Shown here piece by piece: positions 46,934 through 56,125 of a stretch of 64,000 bases of DNA (positions are counted from its first letter, which is position 1; each line of letters opens with the position of its first letter). The DNA comes from Bacteriovoracaceae bacterium UBA4573 (lineage in GTDB: Bacteria; Bdellovibrionota; UBA1018; UBA923): positions 4,129 through 68,128 of the forward strand of contig DGKJ01000053.1 of the NCBI GenBank assembly GCA_002387735.1, in the 5' to 3' direction. The notes beneath the pieces were generated by a model. That model saw nothing but the letters and a program-made list of their open reading frames with translations. It had not been told where the DNA came from and ran no database searches. Made by a program: the position numbers and the translations under genes.

Positions 46934-47638
46934 TTACTCAGCAGCTTCGTTTGCTAACAAATCGCCAAGCGTCGCGTAGCGTTCATTCGGATTTTGGGAC
47001 GCAATCCAAAGACTGCGGTCAGGGAGATTGGGCTCGAGGATGCGAAAGGCTTCGTTCAATTTCGCAATGAAACTATCCCCATTTGGAATAAAAACATAGT
47101 TAGGATGGGCGCCCCAACCGCGAGCAATGAGCTGATCAAGCTGCGCAGCTTCCGAGGCTGATTCGGTACGAATTTCGGTACGCGTGTACCCTCTGCCTTC
47201 TTCCGCGGATTGCAAGTGTAGCACCAAACTGTAGCGCGAGTATTCGTGTTCGACGGTGGTTCCCATTTCGGCCACGAACGACTCGGCGGTGCCCGGCCAG
47301 TAGGCTGCCCCGTCCATTGAGCCGCGATCACAAAAGAGCGAAACTTTTGTTTCGCAAACTCCATGGGTGGTCGCGCAATGAGCGATCGCTTTGGCTTCGA
47401 GTTCCCGTTGAAGGCTAAAAATAGCACGCTGGGTGTGGACCCGGTCGGCATCGGTGTCTGGGCGCATAAAACCCCCTCGAAGCAACATGCTGGCTGCTTC
47501 GGGCGCAATGGCCACGCGGTCGCCGTACTGTTTTTGTAAAAGGTCTAAAAGCGTTGTTTTTCCAGCGCTTGGACCACCAGTGATCACAATCCGTTTTAAA
47601 CCGCTCACGAAAAACACCGCCTTATTTAGAAAAGCCAA
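46934..47638 (-). CDS. AAA_28/NadR-like P-loop ATPase (putative small-molecule kinase)
   Basis: Walker A ITGGPSAGKTTLLDLL is present at the N-terminus, with a compact ~230-aa size typical of the AAA_28 family. Confidence 0.5.
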   Translation of the reverse strand: MAFLNKAVFFVSGLKRIVITGGPSAGKTTLLDLLQKQYGDRVAIAPEAASMLLRGGFMRPDTDADRVHTQRAIFSLQRELEAKAIAHCATTHGVCETKVSLFCDRGSMDGAAYWPGTAESFVAEMGTTVEHEYSRYSLVLHLQSAEEGRGYTRTEIRTESASEAAQLDQLIARGWGAHPNYVFIPNGDSFIAKLNEAFRILEPNLPDRSLWIASQNPNERYATLGDLLANEAAE

Positions 47639-47715
47639 ACTAGGGGGAAGATTTTGCCGCTTTGTATCATAAATAGCGCTACGTCTCCATGGAAAAACGT
47701 TCGAAAAGATAACGA

Positions 47716-49914
47716 ATGGGTCTATTGAGGCGCTTTATCTTCATTGCTGGATTCGCAGTTGCGAGTACCCTCGGGCAAGCGAGCGAGGTGGGTTGCGATA
47801 TCTACCTAATCCTTTCAGAACTAACCATAAAAGTGGAAGAAGGGGCGGGGTTCCGAGTAGTTGGGCGGACCGCCGATGGTAAACACGGAACCCTAATTGT
47901 TGAGTTGGGCGCCGATAAAAAACGAAAATTCTTCAAAACCACCAGCTCTGAAAACCAAGAAATCGTAGCGGCACTTTTTGGGGACGGGCACGGGGAAGGG
48001 GCCATGGCGGACCGAGAGTTTGCGAGCAGTCGGCTTTTCGCCCATGTTGGATGGGAGGGCTCAACCCGAGTACGGCGCGCGGAATTAAAAATGCGCGACG
48101 GACGGGTCGAAAAGGGCGTCTTGGTCGACGAAGTACCGGGTGAATCGCTCGCAACCATTCAAAAACGTGATCGTGGTGCCTACAATAAAATTCTACGATC
48201 ACCCGAATACAAACAGGCTGCAGAAGAAGCCACTCTGATTCAGTTTGTAACAGGAAATATAGATTGGATCTCTTATCGGGAAGGACAGGGCATCGATTTG
48301 CTCTCCGAGAACGTAATGGTCTTCGAAGACCCCGTGACCAAACGCTATTCGATACGATTTATCGACAATGGCGCCTCTTTTACAAAAACTCAGGCTGTTG
48401 ATGCAGCGGCTACTCCCCGCGAAGGTCTTTCCCTAGGTGAGCGCTTGAAGCGGCTACAATTGCTCCACGTACAGTTTGAAAAAAAATTGCCTCAAGTGTT
48501 TTATCCACTGCTTGACCTCGAAGACATGAGTAGTACGACTCAGAAATTGCTTATAAAATTAGCGGAGTTTTCAGACGAAGAATTAACCCAGCTCTTGGCT
48601 AAAAGTCCGACCTTAAATGATAACGATATCAACGGCGCGATTGCTCGGATTCGATATCTCGAAGAGCGTTTCATCGAGCGGCGGCCCGAAATTCAGATGG
48701 CTCGCAACGATTATCCGCCGGATATCAACGTTCGCGACAATGACGACATCACCAGCGGGCGGGCGCAGCGAGAAGCGACTGTCGATCTCGAGCTCGAAAC
48801 ACCGATTGTCGGAGAAAGTCCGGCCAAGGGTCGTCTTCCCGTAAAAAGTGATTTTACCGACGATCCATCTGTGCGCATCGTGGGCGAAGTTGCTCGCGTT
48901 CAGAAAAAAAACAAGAACGTGGTCTACAAGGTTGAAATCGATGGTCAGACTCATTACTTCAAACCCAAATCTGGGGAGAATCCACTAATCGGCGAGAGTT
49001 TCTTAGGAAAGTTCGAAAAAGGTATGATGGCCGATCGCGAGGTTTTTGCGTCGTTGGTATACCAAAAGGCCGGTTGGAGCGAGGTCCCCAGAGTAAAGAA
49101 AGTTAAAATCAAAGTAGACGGTGAACTCGAAGAAGGTGCTCTAGTCCAAGGGTTGCCTGGCAAAACCATTCGCGAGTTCGGAACCAAAAGGTTTGATGAA
49201 ATGATCGAAGGTCAGGCGGACTATCGACGTTCGCGCGAGCGGGCGCTGATCCTGTCTGTTGTTACCGGTAATGAAGACTGGTACCGAATTAAATCCAATC
49301 GAAACGCACATGAAAATGCCGGCAATCTCTTGTTGGAGGTCGACCCCGAAGACCCGCTTCTATATAACTATTACTGGATCGACAGTGGGCTTTCGTTTCC
49401 CCGTCGTAGTCGGCGCAGCAATACCCGCTTGCCTGGTGCGCAGTCTTCCCAGTATTTGGCCGAACAGTTCGGACACCTGTGGCCGCTGTTGCTTGATCTC
49501 GATACGCTCGACTCCGGAACAATCGATTTGATCAAAGAACTCTCCAAGGTGAGTTTCGTAGAGTGGCGCGAATTAGCGAAAGAACTGCCGACCATTACCC
49601 AAACCGATATCGAAGGAATGATGATTCGGGTGAACTATTTGAATCGACGATTTGTTCTAAACGACCCCGAATTTCAAGTGACCCAGCCAATGCGCGAGGC
49701 TTGGCATAAGAAACGAGTATCGAAGCGAATACTTCCGGGGCGTACCGTTAAGGCCGATTCCGACGATACGACCTTAACTCCTACCCAACGGCGAACAGAT
49801 ACCCACCAAGTGGACACCTCCGAGTCCACTCAGTCAGCGTTCGATAACGAACCTACTAAGGCGGGGCCACGACCGGGGGATAACGACGGAACGCCGGATC
49901 ATAGGGCCCGATAG
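47716..49914 (+). CDS. Exported protein with two tandem protein-kinase-like (PKL) domains; the second may be a pseudokinase
   Basis: Signal peptide MGLLRRFIFIAGFAVASTLGQA. Internal duplication spans residues ~47-327 and ~387-655 (nt 47854-48696 and 48874-49680). Repeat 1 has Lys (FFK), Glu (MADRE), catalytic-loop-like DLLSEN (nt 48295-48312) and DFG-like IDNG. Repeat 2 has YFK, MADRE, HENAGN (D replaced by H) and IDSG. Confidence 0.5.
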   Translation: MGLLRRFIFIAGFAVASTLGQASEVGCDIYLILSELTIKVEEGAGFRVVGRTADGKHGTLIVELGADKKRKFFKTTSSENQEIVAALFGDGHGEGAMADREFASSRLFAHVGWEGSTRVRRAELKMRDGRVEKGVLVDEVPGESLATIQKRDRGAYNKILRSPEYKQAAEEATLIQFVTGNIDWISYREGQGIDLLSENVMVFEDPVTKRYSIRFIDNGASFTKTQAVDAAATPREGLSLGERLKRLQLLHVQFEKKLPQVFYPLLDLEDMSSTTQKLLIKLAEFSDEELTQLLAKSPTLNDNDINGAIARIRYLEERFIERRPEIQMARNDYPPDINVRDNDDITSGRAQREATVDLELETPIVGESPAKGRLPVKSDFTDDPSVRIVGEVARVQKKNKNVVYKVEIDGQTHYFKPKSGENPLIGESFLGKFEKGMMADREVFASLVYQKAGWSEVPRVKKVKIKVDGELEEGALVQGLPGKTIREFGTKRFDEMIEGQADYRRSRERALILSVVTGNEDWYRIKSNRNAHENAGNLLLEVDPEDPLLYNYYWIDSGLSFPRRSRRSNTRLPGAQSSQYLAEQFGHLWPLLLDLDTLDSGTIDLIKELSKVSFVEWRELAKELPTITQTDIEGMMIRVNYLNRRFVLNDPEFQVTQPMREAWHKKRVSKRILPGRTVKADSDDTTLTPTQRRTDTHQVDTSESTQSAFDNEPTKAGPRPGDNDGTPDHRAR

Positions 49915-50025
49915 TAACCAGGTTGAGTGATTCAAAAACAATTGCGCCGAGTCAAAGTGCCCTTGCGATCGGTTCGCGACCACGATATAGCGGGCCTTTA
50001 CGGCGATGCTATTAGGAGCGAAACG

Positions 50026-50640
50026 ATGAAAACTCTCACTGAGTTCGATGGATTTACTTTAAAACGCGGTCTTCAGAAGTTGGCCGAACTGGAAAAAGAA
50101 GGAAAAACTGCGGAAGAGATTCCAGCGTTGATCACGGAAAGTTTTAAATACGAAGGTGATAAACTTAAGTTTTTTCAAGTAGCTCTTGAAATGGCAAAGG
50201 CTCGCGGTTTTGACGGCGAGAGTTCTCGAGTAAAACGCGTGGTTGTAATGACGCTTCTTGAAACCGAAAAGGCGCCACAGGGTTCTGAAAAACGCGAAGA
50301 GCAGACCTACGTACTGGAACTTTTCCCGGCTCCACCACAAGAACGAAAAAAAGGTCGCGGTCGGTTTGACGGTGATCGCAAAGGTGGTCGTGGCAAAGGA
50401 AAAGGTGGTCGTGGTGGCAAGCGTGGGGAGCGCGGTGGTCGCGGTGGTGACCGTTCAGAGCGCCGAGCCCAAAATAAAGATGGTCGCCCTCCAAGACAAC
50501 CCCGACCTCAGACTCCAAGCAAGCCGCTTGTGATTCCAAAACCTAGAGCACTACCGACGGATGCACCGGCTGCATCGACGAGCGAGTCTGCAGTTTCCAC
50601 TGCAGCCAGTTCCGAGTCTTCTGGCTCAAGCGCCAGCTGA
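50026..50640 (+). CDS. RGG/Gly-Arg-rich low-complexity protein (possible nucleic-acid-binding)
   Basis: A globular N-terminal ~110 aa is followed by KKGRGRFDGDRKGGRGKGKGGRGGKRGERGGRGGDRSERR and a Ser/Ala/Pro-rich tail. ATG 50026 with AGGAG RBS is preferred over track start 49927. Confidence 0.45.
   Translation: MKTLTEFDGFTLKRGLQKLAELEKEGKTAEEIPALITESFKYEGDKLKFFQVALEMAKARGFDGESSRVKRVVVMTLLETEKAPQGSEKREEQTYVLELFPAPPQERKKGRGRFDGDRKGGRGKGKGGRGGKRGERGGRGGDRSERRAQNKDGRPPRQPRPQTPSKPLVIPKPRALPTDAPAASTSESAVSTAASSESSGSSAS
50340..50480 (+). repeat. Degenerate GGT-GGT-CGT-GG(C) short tandem repeats encoding the RGG tract
   Basis: Reiterated ggtggtcgtgg units are visible in the sequence. Confidence 0.5.
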
Positions 50641-50776
50641 GTACCGAGGGTCCATTTAAGGCCCTAGTCTATCGCATTGCGGCATTGAAGGATTGTTTTC
50701 CAGTCACCAACCTGGTTGTGGCGAGTCTTATTTGTGTTACCCTGTAGTTAGTCATTTTCTTACTTGGGGGAACAGC

Positions 50777-52519
50777 ATGTCAGACAATAAACAGATCAGT
50801 TTCATGCGATCGTTGTGTATGGGTGAGATTGAAGAGGAACTCATTATCCCGTTCCCTCAACTCAACGAAAACGAACTCGGAACGGTTAAAGACATTCTTC
50901 CCACAATTGATAACTGGCTTAAAGATCGCGGCCCCGATTTTCGAAAATGGGATCGCCAGGCTGAGCTTCCCCCGGAGTTCATCGAAGAAATGAAACAAAT
51001 GGGTCTCTTCGGCGTGATTATTCCCGAGGAGCATGGTGGACTCGGACTGGGTGCAACCGCCTATTCTCGGGTCTTGCAGCAGGTGGCGCGACACGATGGT
51101 TCGGTCGCAATTACCGCGGGCGCGCATAGTTCGATTGGTATGCGAGGTCTGCTGCTCTTTGGAACTCCCGAGCAAAAGAATAAATACATGCCTAAACTCG
51201 CCAGTGGTGAAATGATCGCGGCCTTTTGTTTGACCGAACCAGGGGCTGGTTCCGACGCTGCGTCGATCAAAACAAAAGCAGTGCGCGAAGGTAAAGAGTG
51301 GGTACTAAACGGCGAAAAACTTTGGATTACCAACGGTGGAATTGCTCAATTTTTTACCGTGTTTGCGCGTACTGAAAAAGAAGAGGGCGGGCAAATGACC
51401 GCGTTTATCGTAACGCGCGATATGCCGGGCGTGAGTGTTGGGCCTCACGAAGATAAAATGGGTCTTCGCGCAAGTTCCACAACTACCGTGTTTTTTGAAA
51501 ACGTGCGGCTTTCGGATGAACATATTTTGGGTGAACCCGGAAAAGGGTTCAAGGTCGCAATGAAAGTGCTCAATAGCGGGAGAACGGGTTTGGGCGGAGG
51601 CTGCGTAGGGGCCATGAAACACGTAATCACCGAGGCAACTAAACAGGCCAAAGAGCGTACTCAATTCGGAAAACCAATTGCTGAGTATGGTTTGGTGAAA
51701 CAAAAAATCGGTCATATGATTGTTGAGTGCTACGCGTCCGAAGCTGCGGTAAACATGGTCGCGGGCCTCGTCGATCAGGGCTACGAAGACTACGCAGTCG
51801 AAGCCGCTATCAGCAAAGTATTCGCGACAGAGTGCTTGTGGCGCACAGCTGACGAAGGTTTGCAAATTGCAGGCGGTAACGGTTACATGTGCGAGTTTCC
51901 CTACGAACGCATCGTGCGCGATTGCCGAGTGAACCGAATCTTCGAAGGTACCAATGACATCTTGAGGCTTTTTATCGCGCTAACGGCGATGAACGACGTT
52001 GGTAAACAGCTTAAAGAAATATCGAAATCTCTCGACGGCATTTTCGATGATCCTATCAAGGGATTCGGCGTTCTCTCCGACTACGCCCGACGTCGCTTAA
52101 GTGCCGCAACCGGTGTGGCCAATGAAAAAGGGACCTTTACCAAGATTCATCCGGCGCTTAAGGACTACAGTACGGTTTTCGAAGAAGGCGTGCGAGATTT
52201 GTCGGCCGCTGCAGATCGAATTTTACGCAAACACGGCAAGAATATTATTGGTAAACAATTTGCTACGAAACGCCTGGCCGACATCATGATAGACCTCTTT
52301 GTATTGGCCTGTACGCTAAGTCGGGTGAACAGTTCGGTGGCCGCAAAAGGAATCGCGAACTGTACCAAGGAAATCGAAATACTTACGGTTTTTTCAGGAC
52401 AAGTTCGGCGTCGCACGAAGGGTAATTTTGGAAAAATCGACAATAATGACGACGAACTTATTAAGTCGCTTGCTGACCATGCCTACGAAATCGAGGGCTA
52501 CGGCTGGGACACGATTTAA
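50777..52519 (+). CDS. Acyl-CoA dehydrogenase (long-chain, with C-terminal extension)
   Basis: FCLTEPGAGSDAASIKTKA, QIAGGNGYMCEFPYERIVRDCRVNRIFEGTNDI and C-terminal ACAD extra domains are present. Start moved to ATG 50777 (MSDNKQ..) with GGGGG RBS. Confidence 0.85.
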   Translation: MSDNKQISFMRSLCMGEIEEELIIPFPQLNENELGTVKDILPTIDNWLKDRGPDFRKWDRQAELPPEFIEEMKQMGLFGVIIPEEHGGLGLGATAYSRVLQQVARHDGSVAITAGAHSSIGMRGLLLFGTPEQKNKYMPKLASGEMIAAFCLTEPGAGSDAASIKTKAVREGKEWVLNGEKLWITNGGIAQFFTVFARTEKEEGGQMTAFIVTRDMPGVSVGPHEDKMGLRASSTTTVFFENVRLSDEHILGEPGKGFKVAMKVLNSGRTGLGGGCVGAMKHVITEATKQAKERTQFGKPIAEYGLVKQKIGHMIVECYASEAAVNMVAGLVDQGYEDYAVEAAISKVFATECLWRTADEGLQIAGGNGYMCEFPYERIVRDCRVNRIFEGTNDILRLFIALTAMNDVGKQLKEISKSLDGIFDDPIKGFGVLSDYARRRLSAATGVANEKGTFTKIHPALKDYSTVFEEGVRDLSAAADRILRKHGKNIIGKQFATKRLADIMIDLFVLACTLSRVNSSVAAKGIANCTKEIEILTVFSGQVRRRTKGNFGKIDNNDDELIKSLADHAYEIEGYGWDTI

Positions 52520-52531
52520 AGGACACTCTCA

Positions 52532-53254
52532 ATGAGGGTCTTACTTTTGGCCGTGAGTTTGGCGGCGCTTGGGTTCTATTTTTTTCTTAGACCCAATCGC
52601 CCATTTGAAGATTCCAAACAGCTTGCGATAAACAAAAGCGTCGAACTGACTCCGGGTGCCCAACCTAATGTGAATCCGGTAACGGAAAGTAAACCATCAG
52701 TCACCACGATATCCCATGAAGAGCCGATGCGCTCTCCCGAAGTCGAGCCGATCTCTAAGACAATAAACGATTCGAATGAAGTAACTGACTTAAATGAGGT
52801 ACCCCAGTTTTTGAATCGGGCTGCTCTAAAGGAATCAAAACCTCAGGTCGACACGTATGACGTCGTACGGGACGATCGATTTTTACGGGACTTTCGGGGA
52901 ATTTTCGAGGGTAAGGCAACTTCGACCTCCGACAATGTTCGATTCGCGCCCATGTATTTAGAAATGAATATCGAAGTAGTGAACGAGCGCCAGCAAGGCA
53001 GAATCTATGTGGAAATGGCGCGACCAGGACAGGGTTTGTTACTCAATCTTCCGATTCGAATTTCGGAGTTACGCAGAAAAGCCGGCGCCTTGTGGATTAC
53101 CGTTGAGTCGGCTGCCGGTTCGCCCCGAAGCGACACCGTTTATTATCAGGTCTACACGCTGCGCGAATTAGATGCCGTTGCCGGCAATGTTTATAGACTC
53201 CGACGCGGAGAGTTGCGAAATACCGAAACCTTCGTATTGCAGCGAAAAAATTAG
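52532..53254 (+). CDS. Hypothetical exported protein
   Basis: 240 aa with N-terminal signal-like LLLAVSLAALGFYFF. No family recognised. Confidence 0.35.
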   Translation: MRVLLLAVSLAALGFYFFLRPNRPFEDSKQLAINKSVELTPGAQPNVNPVTESKPSVTTISHEEPMRSPEVEPISKTINDSNEVTDLNEVPQFLNRAALKESKPQVDTYDVVRDDRFLRDFRGIFEGKATSTSDNVRFAPMYLEMNIEVVNERQQGRIYVEMARPGQGLLLNLPIRISELRRKAGALWITVESAAGSPRSDTVYYQVYTLRELDAVAGNVYRLRRGELRNTETFVLQRKN

Positions 53255-53255
53255 G

Positions 53256-54347
53256 CTACTGACACTGGTATAAGTCTGTCATATTTCGACTGTCGAGTGA
53301 GCCTTGGTACCAAGCAATTGTTTTCGCAGATCTAGGACAGTCCACCAAATACATTTGGGTTACGCGGTTATATAGACCGAAACCGACGACCGCCTGTACA
53401 GTTCGATTCGAATTGCGTTCCCAAATCGGGTGCAATTCCCACTGCCATGGCCAAACGCCACCGCCAACTAAGGTTTGGGTAGAAACGGTAAAATCACCTG
53501 GTGCAGTTTCTGAGGCGAACAAATATTGTTGAGTATCAGCGACACGAATGGCGACTGGTTCCCCGTACACCAAATAAGGATCCGCGGGGTTTGGCGTTAA
53601 TTTTTCAAAAATTAAATTTGGTTGAAAGGTCTCCGAAAAGATCCAGTCGTCGTTTTGAATTTGTAACTGGCGATTCAAGTGAGAACTAAAATAAGTAGCG
53701 ATCTGAGATTTCAATCCACACGCTAGCGAAGAACTTCCAGTGCAAATGAGAAGCGCGGGTCTGGCCTTCCATGCGTTCCGAACGGCGGTGGCGAGACCGC
53801 TCGGGTTGGAGTCTTGAACCATGTTGATCGACCAGTTCAACGACGGGGTGTCGTTGGCACGATTGTACAAGACACCGAAATGAGGGCGCATGGCTTCCGC
53901 TCGCTGAATTGCGAAACTATTTTCCCAAGTGATCCGATAAGTCCAAGGTTCGTACGGCAAGGTCCATCGAATAGGTCGCCGAAAAAAATTTTCGTAGAGT
54001 GGTTCGAGCGCTAAAATGCGAGCTTTGTAGCCGTGTTTTCGTTCAATCGAAAGTGCGTTGTAGTTTCGAACAAGCTCTTCGGATTTTTCCGAAAGCACTT
54101 TTAGATGATCGGACCATTCAACGAAGGCCTCTGCGAGCGGAAGCCACTGTTGGTTGTTCGTCTGGGTTGAAGTTACGCGAACGTTGTCTAGTTCACCGTA
54201 TAAGCGGGATTCTTCTTCGAACAGCGCAGATAGATCATCGATGTTGTTGTAAATGGTCGGATCATGGCAGGCGTCGACTCCTAAGAAAACCGGAAGAACT
54301 GGCAGGAGTAAAAGTAGAAGTTTGGCGATGGGTTGAGAGTGTTTCAT
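53256..54347 (-). CDS. Hypothetical exported protein
   Basis: 363 aa with signal peptide LLLLLLPVLPVFLGVDA. Trp/aromatic-rich, no family recognised. Convergent with the preceding gene. Confidence 0.4.
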   Translation of the reverse strand: MKHSQPIAKLLLLLLPVLPVFLGVDACHDPTIYNNIDDLSALFEEESRLYGELDNVRVTSTQTNNQQWLPLAEAFVEWSDHLKVLSEKSEELVRNYNALSIERKHGYKARILALEPLYENFFRRPIRWTLPYEPWTYRITWENSFAIQRAEAMRPHFGVLYNRANDTPSLNWSINMVQDSNPSGLATAVRNAWKARPALLICTGSSSLACGLKSQIATYFSSHLNRQLQIQNDDWIFSETFQPNLIFEKLTPNPADPYLVYGEPVAIRVADTQQYLFASETAPGDFTVSTQTLVGGGVWPWQWELHPIWERNSNRTVQAVVGFGLYNRVTQMYLVDCPRSAKTIAWYQGSLDSRNMTDLYQCQ

Positions 54348-54418
54348 CAGATGTCCCCCTGGTTTGCGAAACTATTGTGACTTGATTCACTTTTGCAAGC
54401 AGTCGGGGAAATTAACTC

Positions 54419-56125
54419 TCACCAACTTCGGGGGTCCGGATTATCAAGGCATGGATCTTTACCGTTGCTGCTAGCATGGGCGGCCCACTGAGCCATGGTA
54501 CGACCGGCCCAATGATCGTCCACGTCGCTTGACCAATTGTTTTTTCGAGCCAGTTCTAATTCTTGTTCGATTGATCGTACGGTCCACTGGTAGAGTCCGG
54601 GAGTAGCAGGGTCGGGCGAAGGTTCGCCCCAGGCGACCCAACGCACGCCTTGATCTTTCCAATATTTGCGAGGCGCGTGAATCGGGTTGTGAGTGCACCA
54701 GACAAAGCCGCGAGCTTTGGCTTTATATAGGTATAATAGCTCACTGCCACGCGAGCGAACTGTCATGACGACAAACGGGTGGCGTTCTGGAAACACTTGT
54801 TCATTCCAACCATGTAAATAATCAGGGGCCCTGGGGTCATTGATGCGCGCGGCGTAGGCTAGGTAAGGAGGGACTCCTTTGCGATAAGCGGTGCCGCACA
54901 CGGCAGTTACTAATACTGCGAGAGCAAGCGCCAACAGTCGGTGATGCTTATCAATGGTACCTAAAACGACTTCTGCGAGGAGAGCGAGTGCGATACCTGT
55001 CGCCAGTGCACGCCCTACGTCGAAGGGTAGAGCGTAGTATTCGTGTACGATGTAAACGGCCCAGAATAGAAACACGAACACAAAGAGCGCAATGCCATAG
55101 GGCACGGCGACTTGGGCGAATTTAAGAGCCCAAGCTTTTACGGGTCGACGAAAAAAAATCGAAAGTACAGCGAGGGCGGGTAATACGAGAAAAATGCCCG
55201 TTTGCTGGGCCCATTTGAGCAAATTGGAAGTGAAAAACTTTGGCTCAAAACGTTCACTCCAGTTCCCAAAATACCAACGAGTCGCTCTGGGCCCAGTATG
55301 CAATATCCAAGGTAGGTCCGAAGCTTGACCGAGTACGTGGCCCCAGGCAAGCCACCCCACTACGACCAGACTTCCGGTTCCCAGCGCCAATATGCCGCGA
55401 ACACTTGGTGCAATTCCCTGAATTCGCCAGCGAATGGCAAGAAAGACTGTCCAAAAAACAGCGAAAAATGCGAAGCCCTGCGGTTTGTGTACTCCGGTCA
55501 TCGCCCAAGCCGATCCGGCTATCAGAGGCCACACGTAGCGAGCCATTCCAGCTTTAGACCCCGCTTCGGTCCGCACACTCCCATAGAGTGCGACCAGAGC
55601 GAAGAACAACATTCGATTTTCGACCATTGTATACGTTGCATAGCGAAGCCAGAGCTCATCACACGCGAGTAAAAATACCGAAACCGCGCTCCCAATCAAT
55701 GCGAATGGAGTTGCAATCCCTACCAGCTGGGCGAGCGCAAAAGACAATGCGCCCAACACCAGTAGGCTTGCTGCCGAAAACCAAATGCTCACAGATTTTC
55801 CGATTTTTTCAACCGCGCCTTCGCATTCGGTTCCGCCCAGACCACGAGCAAGCACTCCCTGCAGCCATTCAAAACCCGTGTACTCGAGATTGAATGGATT
55901 GTTTCCGAAGTGAATTTGCGGTCCCTTTAAAATCGAATGAGAGGGATTGTGGCAATACATTCGTATGATTCCGGCGGTAAAACCCTGGCGCTCAGCGCTT
56001 CTTCCGCCAGAAGGCCGTTCAAAAGCTAAGGGGAGAGTAAGAAAAAGAAAAACCGCAGCACAACCCCAAGTCCAAAGTTGAGTGGCGAACCAAAGTTTGC
56101 GGTGTTCTTGATTGGAGTCTTCCAA
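54419..56125 (-). CDS. GT-C-fold polytopic membrane glycosyltransferase, paralog A (polyprenyl-P-sugar dependent, ArnT/PMT/ALG-like)
   Basis: 568 aa with ~11 TM and a C-terminal soluble domain. A DELW motif (LLACDELWLRY) in an early loop parallels DEIW in the adjacent paralog. Confidence 0.5.
   Translation of the reverse strand: MEDSNQEHRKLWFATQLWTWGCAAVFLFLTLPLAFERPSGGRSAERQGFTAGIIRMYCHNPSHSILKGPQIHFGNNPFNLEYTGFEWLQGVLARGLGGTECEGAVEKIGKSVSIWFSAASLLVLGALSFALAQLVGIATPFALIGSAVSVFLLACDELWLRYATYTMVENRMLFFALVALYGSVRTEAGSKAGMARYVWPLIAGSAWAMTGVHKPQGFAFFAVFWTVFLAIRWRIQGIAPSVRGILALGTGSLVVVGWLAWGHVLGQASDLPWILHTGPRATRWYFGNWSERFEPKFFTSNLLKWAQQTGIFLVLPALAVLSIFFRRPVKAWALKFAQVAVPYGIALFVFVFLFWAVYIVHEYYALPFDVGRALATGIALALLAEVVLGTIDKHHRLLALALAVLVTAVCGTAYRKGVPPYLAYAARINDPRAPDYLHGWNEQVFPERHPFVVMTVRSRGSELLYLYKAKARGFVWCTHNPIHAPRKYWKDQGVRWVAWGEPSPDPATPGLYQWTVRSIEQELELARKNNWSSDVDDHWAGRTMAQWAAHASSNGKDPCLDNPDPRSW

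Noticed and set aside
47056-48202. Antisense ORFs of 89-150 aa overlapping the AAA_28 gene and the kinase gene
   Set aside because: These are shadow frames in GC-rich coding sequence, Arg/Pro/Ser-rich with no RBS.
50340-50480. Short tandem nucleotide repeats that could be mistaken for a CRISPR-like or VNTR array
   Set aside because: The units are degenerate 9-12 nt GGT/CGT codon repeats inside an ORF encoding an RGG tract. There are no spacers or longer repeats.
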